Below the pieces are notes generated by a model. That model was not told where the DNA came from. It saw only the letters and a program-made list of their open reading frames with translations, and did no database searches. Source: Moniliella sp. 'wahieum' (lineage: Eukaryota). Taken from it: a stretch of 64,000 nucleotides of DNA. Shown here piece by piece: positions 1-12,317 of the stretch. The translations under genes and the position numbers were made by a program. Numbering within the stretch: position 1 is the stretch's first letter; the number at the start of each line of letters is the position of its first letter. The stretch spans positions 558,001 to 622,000 of the forward strand of contig RSEE01000008.1 in NCBI GenBank assembly GCA_003971905.1, written 5' to 3'.

Positions 1-422
1 AGTCGCCGCACCAGGGGTATGTCTCTCTCCTCAGGTGGGCCAAAGGGTCCGTACTCGGCTTCTCCGGACGAGGTGGAGCACCATGCTCAAGAGGGGGATA
101 CTCAAGAGGGTACGTTTGTGTTCGATGCACTTCTCTGGTCTCAGGATGCGATGGGCCATACCCGTCTGTTGGAGTCGGGCATTGCCAACTTGATCCTCGA
201 GGACACCATTTTGCCCGAAGACAAACTTGATCGATTTGTCACGCCAATCGTCAAGACACGGGATGGGCCGTTGCCAGGCCTCCTGCGCGCCGAGTTGCTT
301 GCTCGTGGCATCATTTCCGAAGGCGATGTGCGTGTTCAAGACCTTGTTCAACAGCCGGGGCGGTGGCGGATCTATTTGTGTAATGCAGTGCGGGGGTGTT
401 TGAGGTGGAATTGGCTACTTGA
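1..422 (+). CDS. 3' part of a PLP-dependent class IV aminotransferase-fold enzyme, likely 4-amino-4-deoxychorismate lyase (ABZ2/PabC-like)
   Basis: ORF 19..513 contains LLESGIANL...FVTP...GPLPGLLRAELL...IYLCNAVRG, matching the class IV E-x-N, LPG-x-R and N-x-RG motifs. A one-base shift in the G run near 392 would give RGVFEVELAT* (stop 420-422). The gene starts before the window. Confidence 0.7.
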
Positions 423-657
423 TTGTCTATTGCACCTGTCCCCTGGCTTTTGCCAGAGGGGCTTTCCTTCTCTCTTGACGCGACACGATGCATCGTGTAT
501 CATAATATTTTGATCGTTTTGATGACTCTACGTCAAGTAGAACGATGCGTTGGTCGCGTAGGAGAACATCATCAGGACAAATAAAGGCATAACACGGGGG
601 GCGAGATAATAGACAGGTATTGAAAGAAGAGGGACAGGCTGAATACGGGTGAAGCAA

Positions 658-2688
658 TCAATATTCTCCCGAGACCGTAGAGGCATCATCGCGAGTGCTG
701 CTGGCCTCGGACGAGGCCATGGCGGTCGACTCTTCGGTCGCTTCGGTTACCCGCCCCAAACTGTATGCTCGGGACCGAGGGCGAGGCTGGTTTGGACCCC
801 ATTCGGGTACCTGGACAGCGGTCGAATGCGCTTGGGCCGACCTTTCCGCTTGCCAGGGCTGGGCCAAGAGAGTTTCAGGGTAATCTTCGTCCTGGGCTTC
901 AGACTCGGTCAGGTCGTCTTCATCCTGCACTTCAAGTTGGCTCGAGGACATTTCACTTGTCCTGGTCACTGTTTCCCCATCGCTACTCGTCACCTCTTCC
1001 TCAGGTGGAGGAGACGGCGGCCGAACATGTGCGCGTGTGGACGGGGACGTCTTGCCGGTACGGGATTCACTTCGGCTGCTTCCCCCCGTCTCAATACTTG
1101 AGCTGAATCGACCTTGGCTTGAGCCAGTGCTTCTCACCACCGAATCGGAACGAGAAGATGCACTGTCTTGGGTTATGACCTTGAGCGTGTTGGATGACCA
1201 CAGCGATACAAGCGCCCACAGGAAAAGTGCCACATTCAACTCTAGTCCCATAAATAGGGAGGTAAATACCAAAAAGGACAAGATGGGGTGGTAGTACAAC
1301 AACCACCTGTCATAAAATGAAACGGAGGTAAGTATGCAACCTAGAGGAGAGACAAATGGAGGCGTGTACGTACCGAAGACCCGTAATGTGAGCGTCAAAC
1401 CGGAGCACAGCACTTTGCGTTTGTAGTTCCCCACGAGACTGGCCCGAAGTGCCCAGCAACCCATCGGAGGAAGGCTGGAGATTGATTTGGATTGATTGGC
1501 GGGTGGAATCAAAGAGGTACGCGTCCGGCCGGCCCACAGTCAGTAAGCCAGACGTGACCCGTAGCGAAGTAGGTGTTGTCCATTGAGACCGCTCTTTGCC
1601 TACATCACGGTGGCTCACAGTACCCGGGTCGAGAAATCCGAGGGGCCCATGCGAGGGTTGCAGCACCTTCCTTCGTAACAGGGGCACCGATATAATTTGT
1701 GTCGGGATGGACCACATTGAAGCTGTCACAGGCGAGGAGCCTTGGGTACTGGAGCCACCACCGGCCATCCAAGTGAGCAGACTTGACATTGAAGGCTGGT
1801 TCATGACCCGAGAGAGCTGGCCAAAGCCCGAACGGGAGCAGGTTCTTGCAAAAGGATAGACTGGATGGGTTCACCCGTTAGCTGTTGATATGCACATACG
1901 GAAAAATACGTACTGGACGCGAAGCCCGCCAAACCGTGGACCCATTTGCGTTGTACAGCTCAAGTGTTGTCATAAAGTTACCCAGACCGACATTGGAAGC
2001 AGTGACTGGGACGATGAGGTCAAGAGTCACGTCATAGGCTTGGTCCTCAAGGAAAAAGGCATGTTGGCCATTGGGAAGCTCATCGCTGTCTACAAATTGG
2101 CTGTGTCGTGGTGTAATTCCCGGAACAAAGTGGAGATGTGCAAACGGCGCCTCCCCTCGCTTGATAAGCATGCCGTTAGTAGAAGTAGGCGACCAGCAAG
2201 CGAAGATCACGTACCCGTATTGGAGCCATACCACCTTCTTGGATCCCGCGTGAGGAGCCCAGACGCTTACAAAACCAACGTAGGCCAGGATGGCCATGAA
2301 TAGGGCGGCCACATAGAGAGAGGCCAAAACAAAAAGGCGCAGCACGAAACGATGCGTGCGGCGCGAGGTGATCATCCCGCCGACAAAAGCGGCCCAGACG
2401 AACGCAAGCGGGGCCACTACCGCGGTTTGGAACACAATTCCAGGCCACATTCGAACGGGGGGGACCGAAGCGTAGAGCGTTGCGCCAGTCTGGATTGCCT
2501 CCAGTGCCCTAGCCTCAACTTCGGATGCCAACTGTGAGTAACGATCATCGCGTGCCGGCACTTGCGGTGCTCTAGGCGGCTGGACTGGACTCTGCAGCCT
2601 CCCCGGGGGGTTGGAGGCGGGAGGTGCTTCCCCATTCGGGGGGCGGTGTGGGCTCTGGCGCCACGCCTGGGCGAGAGCGATGGGACAT
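658..2688 (-). CDS. SEI1: Seipin (BSCL2/FLD1 family) lipid-droplet biogenesis protein, multi-exon
   Basis: N-terminal TM segment, then WLQYG...QAYDVTLDLIVPVTASNVGLGNFMTTLEL...RASRP, then ELQTQSAVLRFDAHITGLRY, an intron, WLLYYHPILSFLVFTSLF (second TM) and an acidic low-complexity tail. Spread over ORFs 1878..3062, 1310..1804 and 658..1512. The start at 2688 is inferred. Confidence 0.85.
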
Positions 2689-3578
2689 GGCGTGAGTGGT
2701 GTGTCAGTGCGTGGGGGGCGGGGGGCAAGTGGCGGTGGTGGTGGGCGGGGCAAGCGTGTGTGAATGGTGTGCATGTGAATGGGCAACAAGCATGAATCTG
2801 AGATCTTGGAGCTCTCCGTAACCCCCCAGGCGCCGGCCATCCGGTCTCCTTCTTTCAATGTTGTTATTGTTATTGTGCTCACAAGGAGGCCACCGGGCCC
2901 ACGGCCAGGCTTGGTTGCGGTAGGGTCACCACAGGTCCCCACCGATCGCCCATCATTGCATCGTCCACCAGCCACATCAACCACATCTCCCCACGCAGTG
3001 GCCTCTCCTTTCTTTTTCAGAGAAGCCAGCAGGCAGCAGGACGAACCCCATTTCTGCCACAATTCGGCGGCTATGCTCGTGTGGCTCTGCCCGGGGTCTG
3101 CTCTTCCGCCATGGGTGTCCTACGAACTCACGCACACCTCCCCCATTTCGCGCCTCAAGCAGGAAGCAGAGGGACAGGTCTTCCTGATCTACTACATTGC
3201 ATCGCTCCATGTTACAACAAATGATGTACATGATTGAATGGGTACTGGGACCGTCTGCAGAAGGTCTGCGCAGCCGACCCACTTCAGGATAATAGACCTG
3301 TCGCTAAAGAAGAAGAGAGCAAACAGACTACCTGAACGGATTCATTGTCGACAACGCCGACTCCGCCAACAAATCGCGCCAAGAGCAGTTTCGTTCGAGA
3401 CATTAGCACCCACCCGAGGTTCTACGCGCAACTTGCAACCCTGTTCGGTCTAGTCGGCCATTCCCATCTCCACAGCAACTGGGGACTCGATTCTCAAGGT
3501 AGTCGCGCGTTTTGGATCTCTTGGTTGTACCCTTTTTGGTACCTTGCAACAAGTAGACCTTCTTTCATGAGGCAGAGA

Positions 3579-3962
3579 CTAACCCCTTCCATGGAGTTTG
3601 TCCCACCAACGCTCTGAGGTCCACTTCTTTTTACAGATGCGACTGGGACAGAGGAAGGAAAAGGGGGGTGAGGTTAGGAGTGGACGGCTACATGCGGAGA
3701 ATGGGAAGAGCGCATACTAGTCTTCAAAGAAAATCATGCAGGCAGAGCGGTCACCTGGGTTATATTCGAGGCACGCCTTGGACGCCCGCGCGGCTAGTTC
3801 GCATGGGTCGGAGCTGGTGAACTTGCCGGCAAAGACTTCCCGGTAGTCGAGGGGGGTTTGGCGCAGCTCGCGCGACCTTGGATCCGTGCTGAGATCAGCA
3901 TGAGGCCTTCCGCGCGGAACGGGGATGGGGATGGGAGGCGCTTTGGACGGCGATTCGGTCAT
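3579..3962 (-). CDS. COX23: Cytochrome c oxidase assembly factor COX23 (twin CX9C protein)
   Basis: DPCELAARASKACLEYNPGDRSACMIFFED, a GTATGC...CTAAC...CAG intron (~3643-3717), then YRICKKKWTSER. Together these give the twin CX9C pattern. Confidence 0.85.
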
Positions 3963-4248
3963 GGCGGTGGCGGTAGATGCAGATGGGAGGGAGGGCCCAA
4001 GCGCCGGTAGGCTTCTGATTACGGCTTCCGCATTATGTGCGTTGCGCCCCAGCCAGACGCTGGCGACTGGGATTCGGTGCAAGTGTTGGAGCGGCCGGGG
4101 CGGCTGGGCCTGAAGCTTGAAGCTTGAAGCGTTGAAATGTGAAATGTGAAACGTGAACAATCACACGTCCTTTAATTTTTGCAAGCAAGAAGTTCTTCGC
4201 AGTGCCCCCACCACCGCCGTTGCTACCACGAGTGGCGTCGACGAGAAG

Positions 4249-7200
4249 ATGCTGGGCATTGCTCTCCGTGCTGCCCGAAGTCGGCGCCTCGCAGTGGCTC
4301 CTGCTGCAGTTCGCCCACAGGGAATTGCCGCGTTCCATGCATCGGCTGCGCTGGCCGAGAAGGCCCGCCTCTCCCGCCGCGGCTTCACCATCCCCGGCCG
4401 CAGCAGCAGCCTCAAGCTCAGCCGCGCTAAAATCACGCCCGATCTCAACCTGCGCGTCCCCCCGTCCCAGCGAGAGAAGCGCGAGCGTGCCAGTCTCTCG
4501 GCAGTGCGCGAGCACTACTCAATCGGCCTCGGCAAGCTGTTGGCCCCCGTTCTCGACTCGACCACTACGCAAGGCGAGCGGCAGCGGGCTATGTTCCACG
4601 CAGCTTCCTTTTTTACCAACTCGACCCCTCGTGTGATCAAATTGTCCGACCCTGCGCTGTGGAACCAGATGCTGACTGCACTGGTGGCTGTCGGAGAGCG
4701 GCGGCACCCGATGAAACTCTTTGCCGTCATGAAGCGTAACGGCATCTACCCCGACATGGCCACCTTCACTTCTGTTTTTCGGTCCATGCGCCAGGAACTG
4801 CTACGCCTCGGGCGCGCTAGCGCTCCTAGCAACCCAGAAAATGAAGATAACCTTCCGGTTCCTTCCCATTCTGCTCCCAATTGGGAAAAGACGTTGGATC
4901 AGCGAGGCCCCGATGCCCAGCAGTGGATGCCTTCGTCAATGATCATCCAACACCAGTACTTTGTCGCCGCCTTGGAAAAGTTTCGCATCGCTGTGCTAGA
5001 TTTTTATCGCATGTCTCGCGGAGAGACAGTCGCCTCGACGGGACTGCCCTCACCAGTGCATTACAAGAACCAGCGTCGCAGCACCGGAAAGCACAATGCT
5101 ATGTTCAATGCCCCTCGGTCCCAACTGCAATATACCTAACGATGACCCTTCCGATGCAGCCTATGAGGCTGCGGCTTCCCGCGTCTCACGTCAATCCCAC
5201 GAGCGCTCCCGTGCCATGGCAAGGAACAAGACGTCCTCCCTTGGCCGGAGAGAAGCCGAGGTGCCCAACTTTCTTCCTGGGAGAGGTCAGGACCGTGCTC
5301 TCCTCTCTCCCAAGAATGGTCATCTCGTTTCTGTGAACTCAGACGAGACCCCGGATGATACCGAGTTGGCGGCGATGGACCCGGAATTCGAGGAGTACTC
5401 GGAAGAAATGGCGGCGGCCCAGCGTAGGTTGGACGCAAAAAGGACGATCCAAGCACGCTCCCTGCCACATCGGTTCAAGCCCTGGTTGAGCGGCAGCACA
5501 GCGAGCTGGACGAGGAGAGCCGTGGACATTTGACGCCATGGCAACGCATGTACTTGACCAAACGAAAAGCCTTGCTCCGCGCTGCGGAGCAATGGGACGA
5601 GTTGGCGAACGCTTACTCGTTGGCCATCGGACTGGGATCGATGCTCGGGCGACCCAATCAAGCCTGGGCAATGTACAGCAACATTTCCCTTCCCGGTGCT
5701 CGACGCGGACTTCCATGGCCTAGTGGTCTCATCTTTTACACTGTCCTGCGTCACTTGACTCCTGCCCCAAACGAGGCGCGTGACCTTGCTCGAGCTGAAC
5801 GCGCGGATCTTGCCGCCAAAGAGAAGAACCAAGGTCTGCGTCCGGACGAAATCATCTCCAACTTTGATCCCTACGCTGCCCTGGGGCCCAATGCACTGGA
5901 CAAGAGCTTGACGGCCCACGATGCGGCGAGGGTCACTCTCGAAATGTTGACGGGGGGATCGGGAGCCGGGCTAACGCCTACGGGCCGACCGTTTGAGGCC
6001 GACTCGAGCGATGGGAAAGAGATGCTGCTGCAGTGGCGGCCAAAGCTTCGCGCTGTGGTGGAGGACTGGCTGACCGTCCTTTACAAAACGGCTCGCACGG
6101 TGGATCCACCCGAAAAGTTCCTCAACTCAGTTTGGATGGACGCCCATGCTTTGAACCAAGTGGTGCATACTTTGACTCTAGTACGTTTCCCCTCCTCCTT
6201 TCTGATCCAACACGAGCTAACCTATTCTATATGCAGATGAATGACGAAAAGTCGGCCACTCTCGCGCTGCGCTTAGTGGCGGGCATGTTCAAGGTGTACG
6301 GCAACCTTCCTGTGCCTGTAAAGGAAGAACCACAGCCAGCCAAGCCAGACCCCGTCTCTGTTTCAGAGCTAGCCCCTGTTCCAGAGGGGACCTGGGATGC
6401 GCTCGCGGCAGCCGGTTTGGTCGAGCCCCCTCGTTTGAGATGGATCAAGAGGAGCGTCTTTCCCCGCGCAGCAGTCAGGAAGAAAAAGCGGACAACCCTT
6501 GGCTCACACCAACGGATATGGCAGAACAACGCAAGGCGGACCTGATGACCGAGGAGAGTGACTTTCCTGATGAGGTAGTGCGGGACCAAGACGCCAAGAA
6601 GTCGATTTGCCATGACAAGTGGCATGGAGCAACCGCCTTCACTGGCACAGAAGAGTTCGTCACCTCCATGTGATGCGCCCGACCCAGATGAGGATAAGCT
6701 GTGGAAAAAGGGCCGCGGCAGGTACCAAAAGGGGTTCAAGTCGGGTGGGAAGCACCGCTCTTTGGACCCATTCAAGCGGCGCGGCTACGTGCCCGAGGGA
6801 CAGGAGCTTGATCGCTTCCTTACGGGACCTCTCTTTGCTGAAAAGGGGGATGCGTTACCTGTGTACACGCGGCGGAGTGAGTTGCGGATGGAGCTGCGGA
6901 ACCCCAAGAACAAAGCTATGCTTCACCAGTTGCACACCAACATTATGGTCTGCAGCCACATTGTGGGTCGACCTGAGTTGTACTCCTGGTTGGCTGACCA
7001 CATGGGTGCTGCCGCTCCTAAGACACCGGAGGTGGATCTGCCGTCGATGACGCGCGGTATGTCGTCGGCACGGAGAAGGAAGGTGGCGGCCAAGCTGCAC
7101 AAGTACCCCTTCGGTCGGCCACCTACAATTCTTCCGTTCGACATGCGTCCATCACCCTTTGGACGGACACGGCACTGCGTACCCCTCCTGCTCGCGATGG

Positions 7201-7532
7201 TCAATTGGTTGCCCCAGGCTGGAACGAGTCGGGCGGGGAAAAGTCTCGGAACCGGCACAGGACCTTGGCCAAGGCCAACAGGGGTAAACTCCAGGGACGC
7301 TCTCTCGGCAACGGCAGGCTGGGTCACACAAGTGGGGAGGACGAGCTCAAGTCGGAATTTGCTCGGTTCAGTCAAACCCAGGAGGGAGAACCAGAGGTAT
7401 CGCCCGAGGACACGGCCTGGTCCACGCAACGCACCTGGGGTTGACTCTTCTTCGCAGTCTTCGCGAAACTCGTTCCCTGGCCCAGCCAAGTTTGCCCCGT
7501 CCAAGTTTGCCCCGCCCAGGGGTCGTTCTTGA
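4249..7532 (+). CDS. Large probable mitochondrial protein with a pentatricopeptide-like motif (frameshifted in this assembly)
   Basis: Arg/Ala-rich N-terminus (MLGIALRAARSRRLAV...AFHASA) and a PPR-like WNQMLTALVAVGERRHPMKLFAVMKRNGIYPDMATFTSVF. Consecutive + ORFs overlap in different frames, and there is a canonical intron at ~6181-6236. Confidence 0.6.
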
Positions 7533-7854
7533 TCTGGACTGGAGTACCTACCTGCCACCACTCGTGTGTCTTCTCATGTACGCCACTCATCGCACTTTCG
7601 GCATCATAAGACGATGGTTTCTTCACATTCATCTACACCACTATGGTTAGTTTAAATGGTGGCGGAGAGGACGATGCAGCCAGTTAACAAATGAAGCAAG
7701 ACAGTAGAAGGTAGAGGGCCAAGGTAGATGACATGGGGGCTGCACTTCATCAGGAACGATGGGCTAGGCGCCGAGAAAGCGACAATAGCATGCGCCCATC
7801 AAGTGTCATTCGACAAGGACGAGGGGGGCATGGAAGGTAACAGATCTTGACCTT

Positions 7855-8335
7855 TTAGTTGGAGCAGTCGCATCCCTGGCCCGTGGGGCAGTCACCAGAG
7901 ATGGTCGCGAAGGCCGAGTTCGTAGTGCAACCGCAGCCCTGGCCGGTAGGGCAGTCACCAGGTACGAAGGAAGGCCGAGAGAAGGAGGCAATGCCACGCG
8001 CATACAGCGCCGACGAAACAGGGGCCTTGACACTGGGACGAGAGGCAAACAGCCCCGTCTGGCGACCCAAAGAGAAAGACCGACCGTTGGAGCAGCCGCA
8101 GCCCGAGCCCGTGGGGCAGTCGCCCGGCACGGTCGAAGGCCGTGCCGAGTTGCTCGAAGAGCAATCACAGCCCTGGCCCGTGGGGCAGTCGCCCGCCTTG
8201 GCGAAAGCGCGTGCAGAGGCACTAAAGGTGCGCACCGTGGTCATTGCCATGGTACGGGACGTGCAGGAGCAGCCGCTGCCAGTGGGGCACTGTGAGTGCA
8301 GTGCGGAGCGCAGGTCGGAGCGTGGCAAGCATCAT
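7855..8335 (-). CDS. Small Cys-repeat protein with five (GD)CPTG(S/Q)GCxC modules and presequence-like spacers; metallothionein-like
   Basis: ORF 7855..8328 has five near-identical CX5CXC modules with third-position codon variation, which argues for coding. The ATG at 8335 (MMLATLRPALRTAL) needs a frameshift; an in-frame ATG lies at 8250 (MAMTTVRTFSASARAFA). Confidence 0.7.
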
Positions 8336-9271
8336 GATGTCGGCGTGGGTGAAGCAGGAAAGTAGAGGAGTGGTGGGTTGGGGGTAGTGTGGTGGGAGAA
8401 AGCGAGACTTGGGAGGCGAAGCGCAGAAAAGGGGAGAAATACGGGTGGCGACACTCGGTGGCCCACCGGGGTCCAAGATCCAATCGATGGTGTGCCGCTG
8501 ATATCAGATGTCGATGTCAGCGATGCTGAAGATACGATCACACTGCCCCCGTGCCAGCATAAAATGAAATTGCATGGGACAAGCAATAGTTGCAGATGGT
8601 GTGATGCCGACTTGGGGTTTTTTATCCAGGTGCCGGCCTAGCCACCCCGCCAACCAAAATCCTACGGTCCAGGCCCTGCGCCCGCGAGCGCGAACGTTAA
8701 CGTGTGACGTGAACGCCGGGAGCAAAGAGCCCGACTGGCAATAGAAGCCCGAGTTGGCCACCGCAACTCCAATCACCGGCCGGCGGTCCTATTCTGAACA
8801 AGGGGGGAAGCGGGGGAGTATGCAGCTAGTTCGCCACCCCGGGCCCAAGGTCACACAGATTTGTGACTCATTTCTGTCGAAAAAAGCTGCAAAACGATAT
8901 GGCCTCGATGGATTGTGTGTGTTGTGATTTCCACCCACCATATCAGGGGAAAGAAGAACACAGTCGTCGGGATGGGACAAATAGAGTCAAAAGTGAATGC
9001 AGATGAAGAAGAGATCTTGTGTCCATCTCAAGAGGAAAAGTATACAACAGGAACAAAAAAGGAACGACAAGGCGGGAAAGAGATGAAGCTCACCAAACCT
9101 TGATATGACGGTATGGCGCCTACCTCCACGCGAAAGGCGGTGTGCGCGCGGTACGAATGATAGTGGAAAAATGCAGCGCGAGACCAGATAATACCAGCAG
9201 CGAAGAGACTCTTGACAGAGAGACCTTTACCCCCCCCCCCCTGCTTATTGTCGAAAACACGTATGACACCG

Positions 9272-10420
9272 TTAAGCCGAAGGTTTAGCTTGGGGACTCA
9301 ATGTGGGACTGAGGGCAAACCAATCGCTCTCTGAAGAAAGAGCGCCTGAACGCGGAGTGAACCGGCCCGAAACAAGTTCAGCTTCATCCGCAGACTCTAG
9401 GGCCTCTGATGCGGGCAAATTCAATGCCGTGGGGGACTGAGGTGGGGTCATGTCGCTCCATGCAACCGAATCCGCCATGCCGACGGAGGGGGACACATTC
9501 TGGGAAGGCGTACTCAAACGGCGGGATGCATGATCATACCCGTCATCCGAGGAGTTCACCGTCACCTCGTTGCGGCTTTGAGTCAGGATTGGGTGCTGAG
9601 CACTTGCTCCCTCCAAGGGTGCAGCAGACACCAAGCTGGCGTCTGAGAAAACCGATTCGGAGCCCAGAAAGGTTACCGCGTTGTCCGACGAAGACAGGAT
9701 CGGATCCGTCAATGAGTGGCGAGGGGACGAACCCGATTCCGCAGCAGCCACAATGGGCACCTCCGCCCCTGCACTGGCCGAAAATTCTTGATCAACAGCA
9801 TCTAGTTCCGCATGCATAGCAGACATCCAAGCGTCAGCGCCATTGCCATCGCCTGTACCGTTCCCATGGCGGCGACGTGGTGCAGTTCCCAGAAGCAAAT
9901 TGACGCCCGAAGCATGAGCAGTCGTGCGCGAGGCCATACTTGTGGCTCCTTCAGCCGGGGACAGGTCGGACGCAGGAATGATAAACGGATTGCGGGGAAG
10001 AGGCGGGGGTGGAGGTCCGCGAACATGAGGTGGAAGAGGAGGAGGGGGAGGACCACGATCCCACAAAGCATTCGGAGAAGAGGGCAAGGGAGGCGATCCG
10101 TGAGCTTTCATTGGCAGCGGTGGGGGAGCAGGTTCGTCCTTGTCATGTTCCGAGTCTGTGTCGTCGGCGTCAAATAGGGTGCGTCCAGCGTCCCCATAGA
10201 CGTCCGTGGGCACATCCCATGGCTGGGGTGGAGGAGGGGGCCGGCGCTGGCGCATTTCGTATCCCGCAGAAACACCAGATTCGTAGGCCATCTGCAGCGC
10301 TCGTTCGCGGGCGCGGCGTTCGCGCTCAGGGCGAAGGATAAAGATGTCCACGGCAATCGCAGCCGCTGCGCCACCGGCCACACCAGCGAGGATCGCGAGG
10401 GAGATGGGGACAGGAAGCAT
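9272..10420 (-). CDS. Hypothetical protein with an N-terminal membrane anchor and Pro/Ser-rich disordered body
   Basis: Uninterrupted ORF; MLPVPISLAILAGVAGGAAAAIAVDIFIL is followed by a charged RPERERRARE segment, poly-Pro tracts and a Ser-rich tail. Confidence 0.6.
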   Translation of the reverse strand: MLPVPISLAILAGVAGGAAAAIAVDIFILRPERERRARERALQMAYESGVSAGYEMRQRRPPPPPQPWDVPTDVYGDAGRTLFDADDTDSEHDKDEPAPPPLPMKAHGSPPLPSSPNALWDRGPPPPPLPPHVRGPPPPPLPRNPFIIPASDLSPAEGATSMASRTTAHASGVNLLLGTAPRRRHGNGTGDGNGADAWMSAMHAELDAVDQEFSASAGAEVPIVAAAESGSSPRHSLTDPILSSSDNAVTFLGSESVFSDASLVSAAPLEGASAQHPILTQSRNEVTVNSSDDGYDHASRRLSTPSQNVSPSVGMADSVAWSDMTPPQSPTALNLPASEALESADEAELVSGRFTPRSGALSSESDWFALSPTLSPQAKPSA

Positions 10421-10925
10421 CCGGTTGAAAGGAGCGGGAGGAGGGACGGGGAGGTGGGGGGCAGATGAAGGGGCTGTGAAGAGGCGGGCTGAGTGGACAG
10501 TGGCAAATGGGGGTGGCTGGGCCACTGAGTTATTACCACTTTTTACGCTGCTGCGGAGCCTGAGCGCACAGCCGGGTCCTCAGAGGCTGAGTACTTGCGT
10601 CGCCAATCGATAACTGATCATCGATCTCGATAACAGGCTCTTTCAACTTTCAAACCGCAAGCCAGTGCAGCCAGGAGGCGCCCCCGGCACCGCAGCACTG
10701 CACCGCATGCACCTTGCCCCTGCAGCCGAGCGCGGAACCAGGGCCTGCATCCGCGCCTCCCAGCAGCGCATGGTACTCGCCTGTGACTAGCGCTGAGGTA
10801 AGCGGGCGGTCACATGATGTGATGCATGCACCCCCGTCCCGACCCCCCCGCGGCACGCGTCGTGTCCACGCCAAGCATCCCCAGCGCGTCGGCACAGACC
10901 CACGCCCGACTCGTCATCCCCCCCG

Positions 10926-12198
10926 ATGGACGTGCCGCTACATCTCGCGCCCGGCGTGGCTGCACGCGTACGCGCTGCCGCCGAGAAGCAGGCCGCCACC
11001 CGCTTTGCCCGTGCCTCTGCCGCCGCCACACCCCCAGCCGGCACGGTGGTCAAAGACGAGCCTGCCTCGCCCCCCGCCTCTGCCCCCGCCGACACGACAG
11101 CCGCCGCCGATGCCACCGCCAACATCCTTGCCCGCGAGGCAGCCAGGCCCGAGCGACCATCTGATCTGGACGACCAATCCCTCGTCCGTCTCCTGCGCGA
11201 GGTGCGAGAACTAAATGACCTGGAAGAGACTCAGGTGCACAAGGTGAGTACCGTGTCCCGTCCGCCTTGGCTCTTGCTTTTCTCTTGCTGCCGCCCTTAT
11301 ACTCACCCGCTCTGTGTCGGGCAGGCCTATGCCCAAATTCAATCCGAAATCCAAGCCGCCACCTCCTGGCTCCCGGCCTCGGGCCCCGAACGCGACCTAG
11401 TCCTGGCTTTGCTCGAGGCGGCCGAGGCGGAAGCGACGGTGGAGCAGCTGAACCAACGCGCTACCCAAGCCGGTGATCCTGAACCAACCTCTACCAAGGA
11501 CGACCTGAAAGGAACGGCGATTGGAGGTGGATGGGGCACGGCAGGTGCGCGCCATGTTCTGGCCCTGGACAGGCTGGGCAACGTGGTGCAGTCCTTGCGC
11601 GATGCGTCGAGCAGAGCTAACGCAGCAAGTCAAGGTCGCTGAGCAACGCTTGAGTCGCGCCCAAGAGCTGCATGTTGGACTAATCCAAGTAGCTGAAGGG
11701 CTGCAACAACGGCAGACTTTCTTGGCCCGCAAGCAAGCTCCACCTCTGGACGCCAAAGCGCAACGAGCGTATGTATCAAATTCCCACTACTGCACTTCTT
11801 CCTTGGGGGACCATGACTGACTCGGTTTTCCCTCGGCACAGGAGGCTCAAGAAACTCATTGCGTCCGCCGAGAGGAGAATGGAATGTTGGTTCAAGGCGT
11901 GATGACGGTGACCAAGGTCATGTTTGCTAAAAATGAAGCACGTTTACGGGTACAACTGCAAACGTTGCTGGAGGTACGTCGGGTCTGTTGATTTACGTCT
12001 GGGGTTAGTGTACTGACACCTAGGTAGTTCCTGATGAACCTGGCTTTTGAGCGTCCCACCGATCCTTACCTCACAGTGGGAGGGACTCGACAAGTCGAAG
12101 AGCATTTCCCCAAACCCTTAGTCTTCTTGCTCCGCGCCGGCATCGCCGTCCCTCATCCTCGCGATGCGCGTCGCATTCGTCTTGCTAGATTTGTCTAG
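10926..12198 (+). CDS. Inner kinetochore protein CENP-K/Sim4/Mcm22-like
   Basis: The final exon reads LMNLAFERPTDPYL...FLLRAGIAVPHPRDARRIRLARFV*, matching the CENP-K C-terminal LLRxGIAxxHPxDxxRIRL motif. There is a coiled-coil middle region and canonical introns at ~11244-11324, ~11769-11841 and ~11974-12025. Confidence 0.7.
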
Positions 12199-12317
12199 TT
12201 TCATTCAGATACTAATCGATCGTATTGGAATCTGAGTCGGCTAGGCTATGACAAGGGTGGTGCGGCAGTGCCTGGAATGTGAAGTTCAGAAAGATATGCA
12301 TAGTGGGCAAGTTCATC

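Noticed and set aside
7855..8335. Dikaritin/KEP-type RiPP precursor
   Set aside because: No ER signal peptide, no KR/RR Kex2 sites between repeats, and no DUF3328/UstY or tyrosinase gene recognised nearby.
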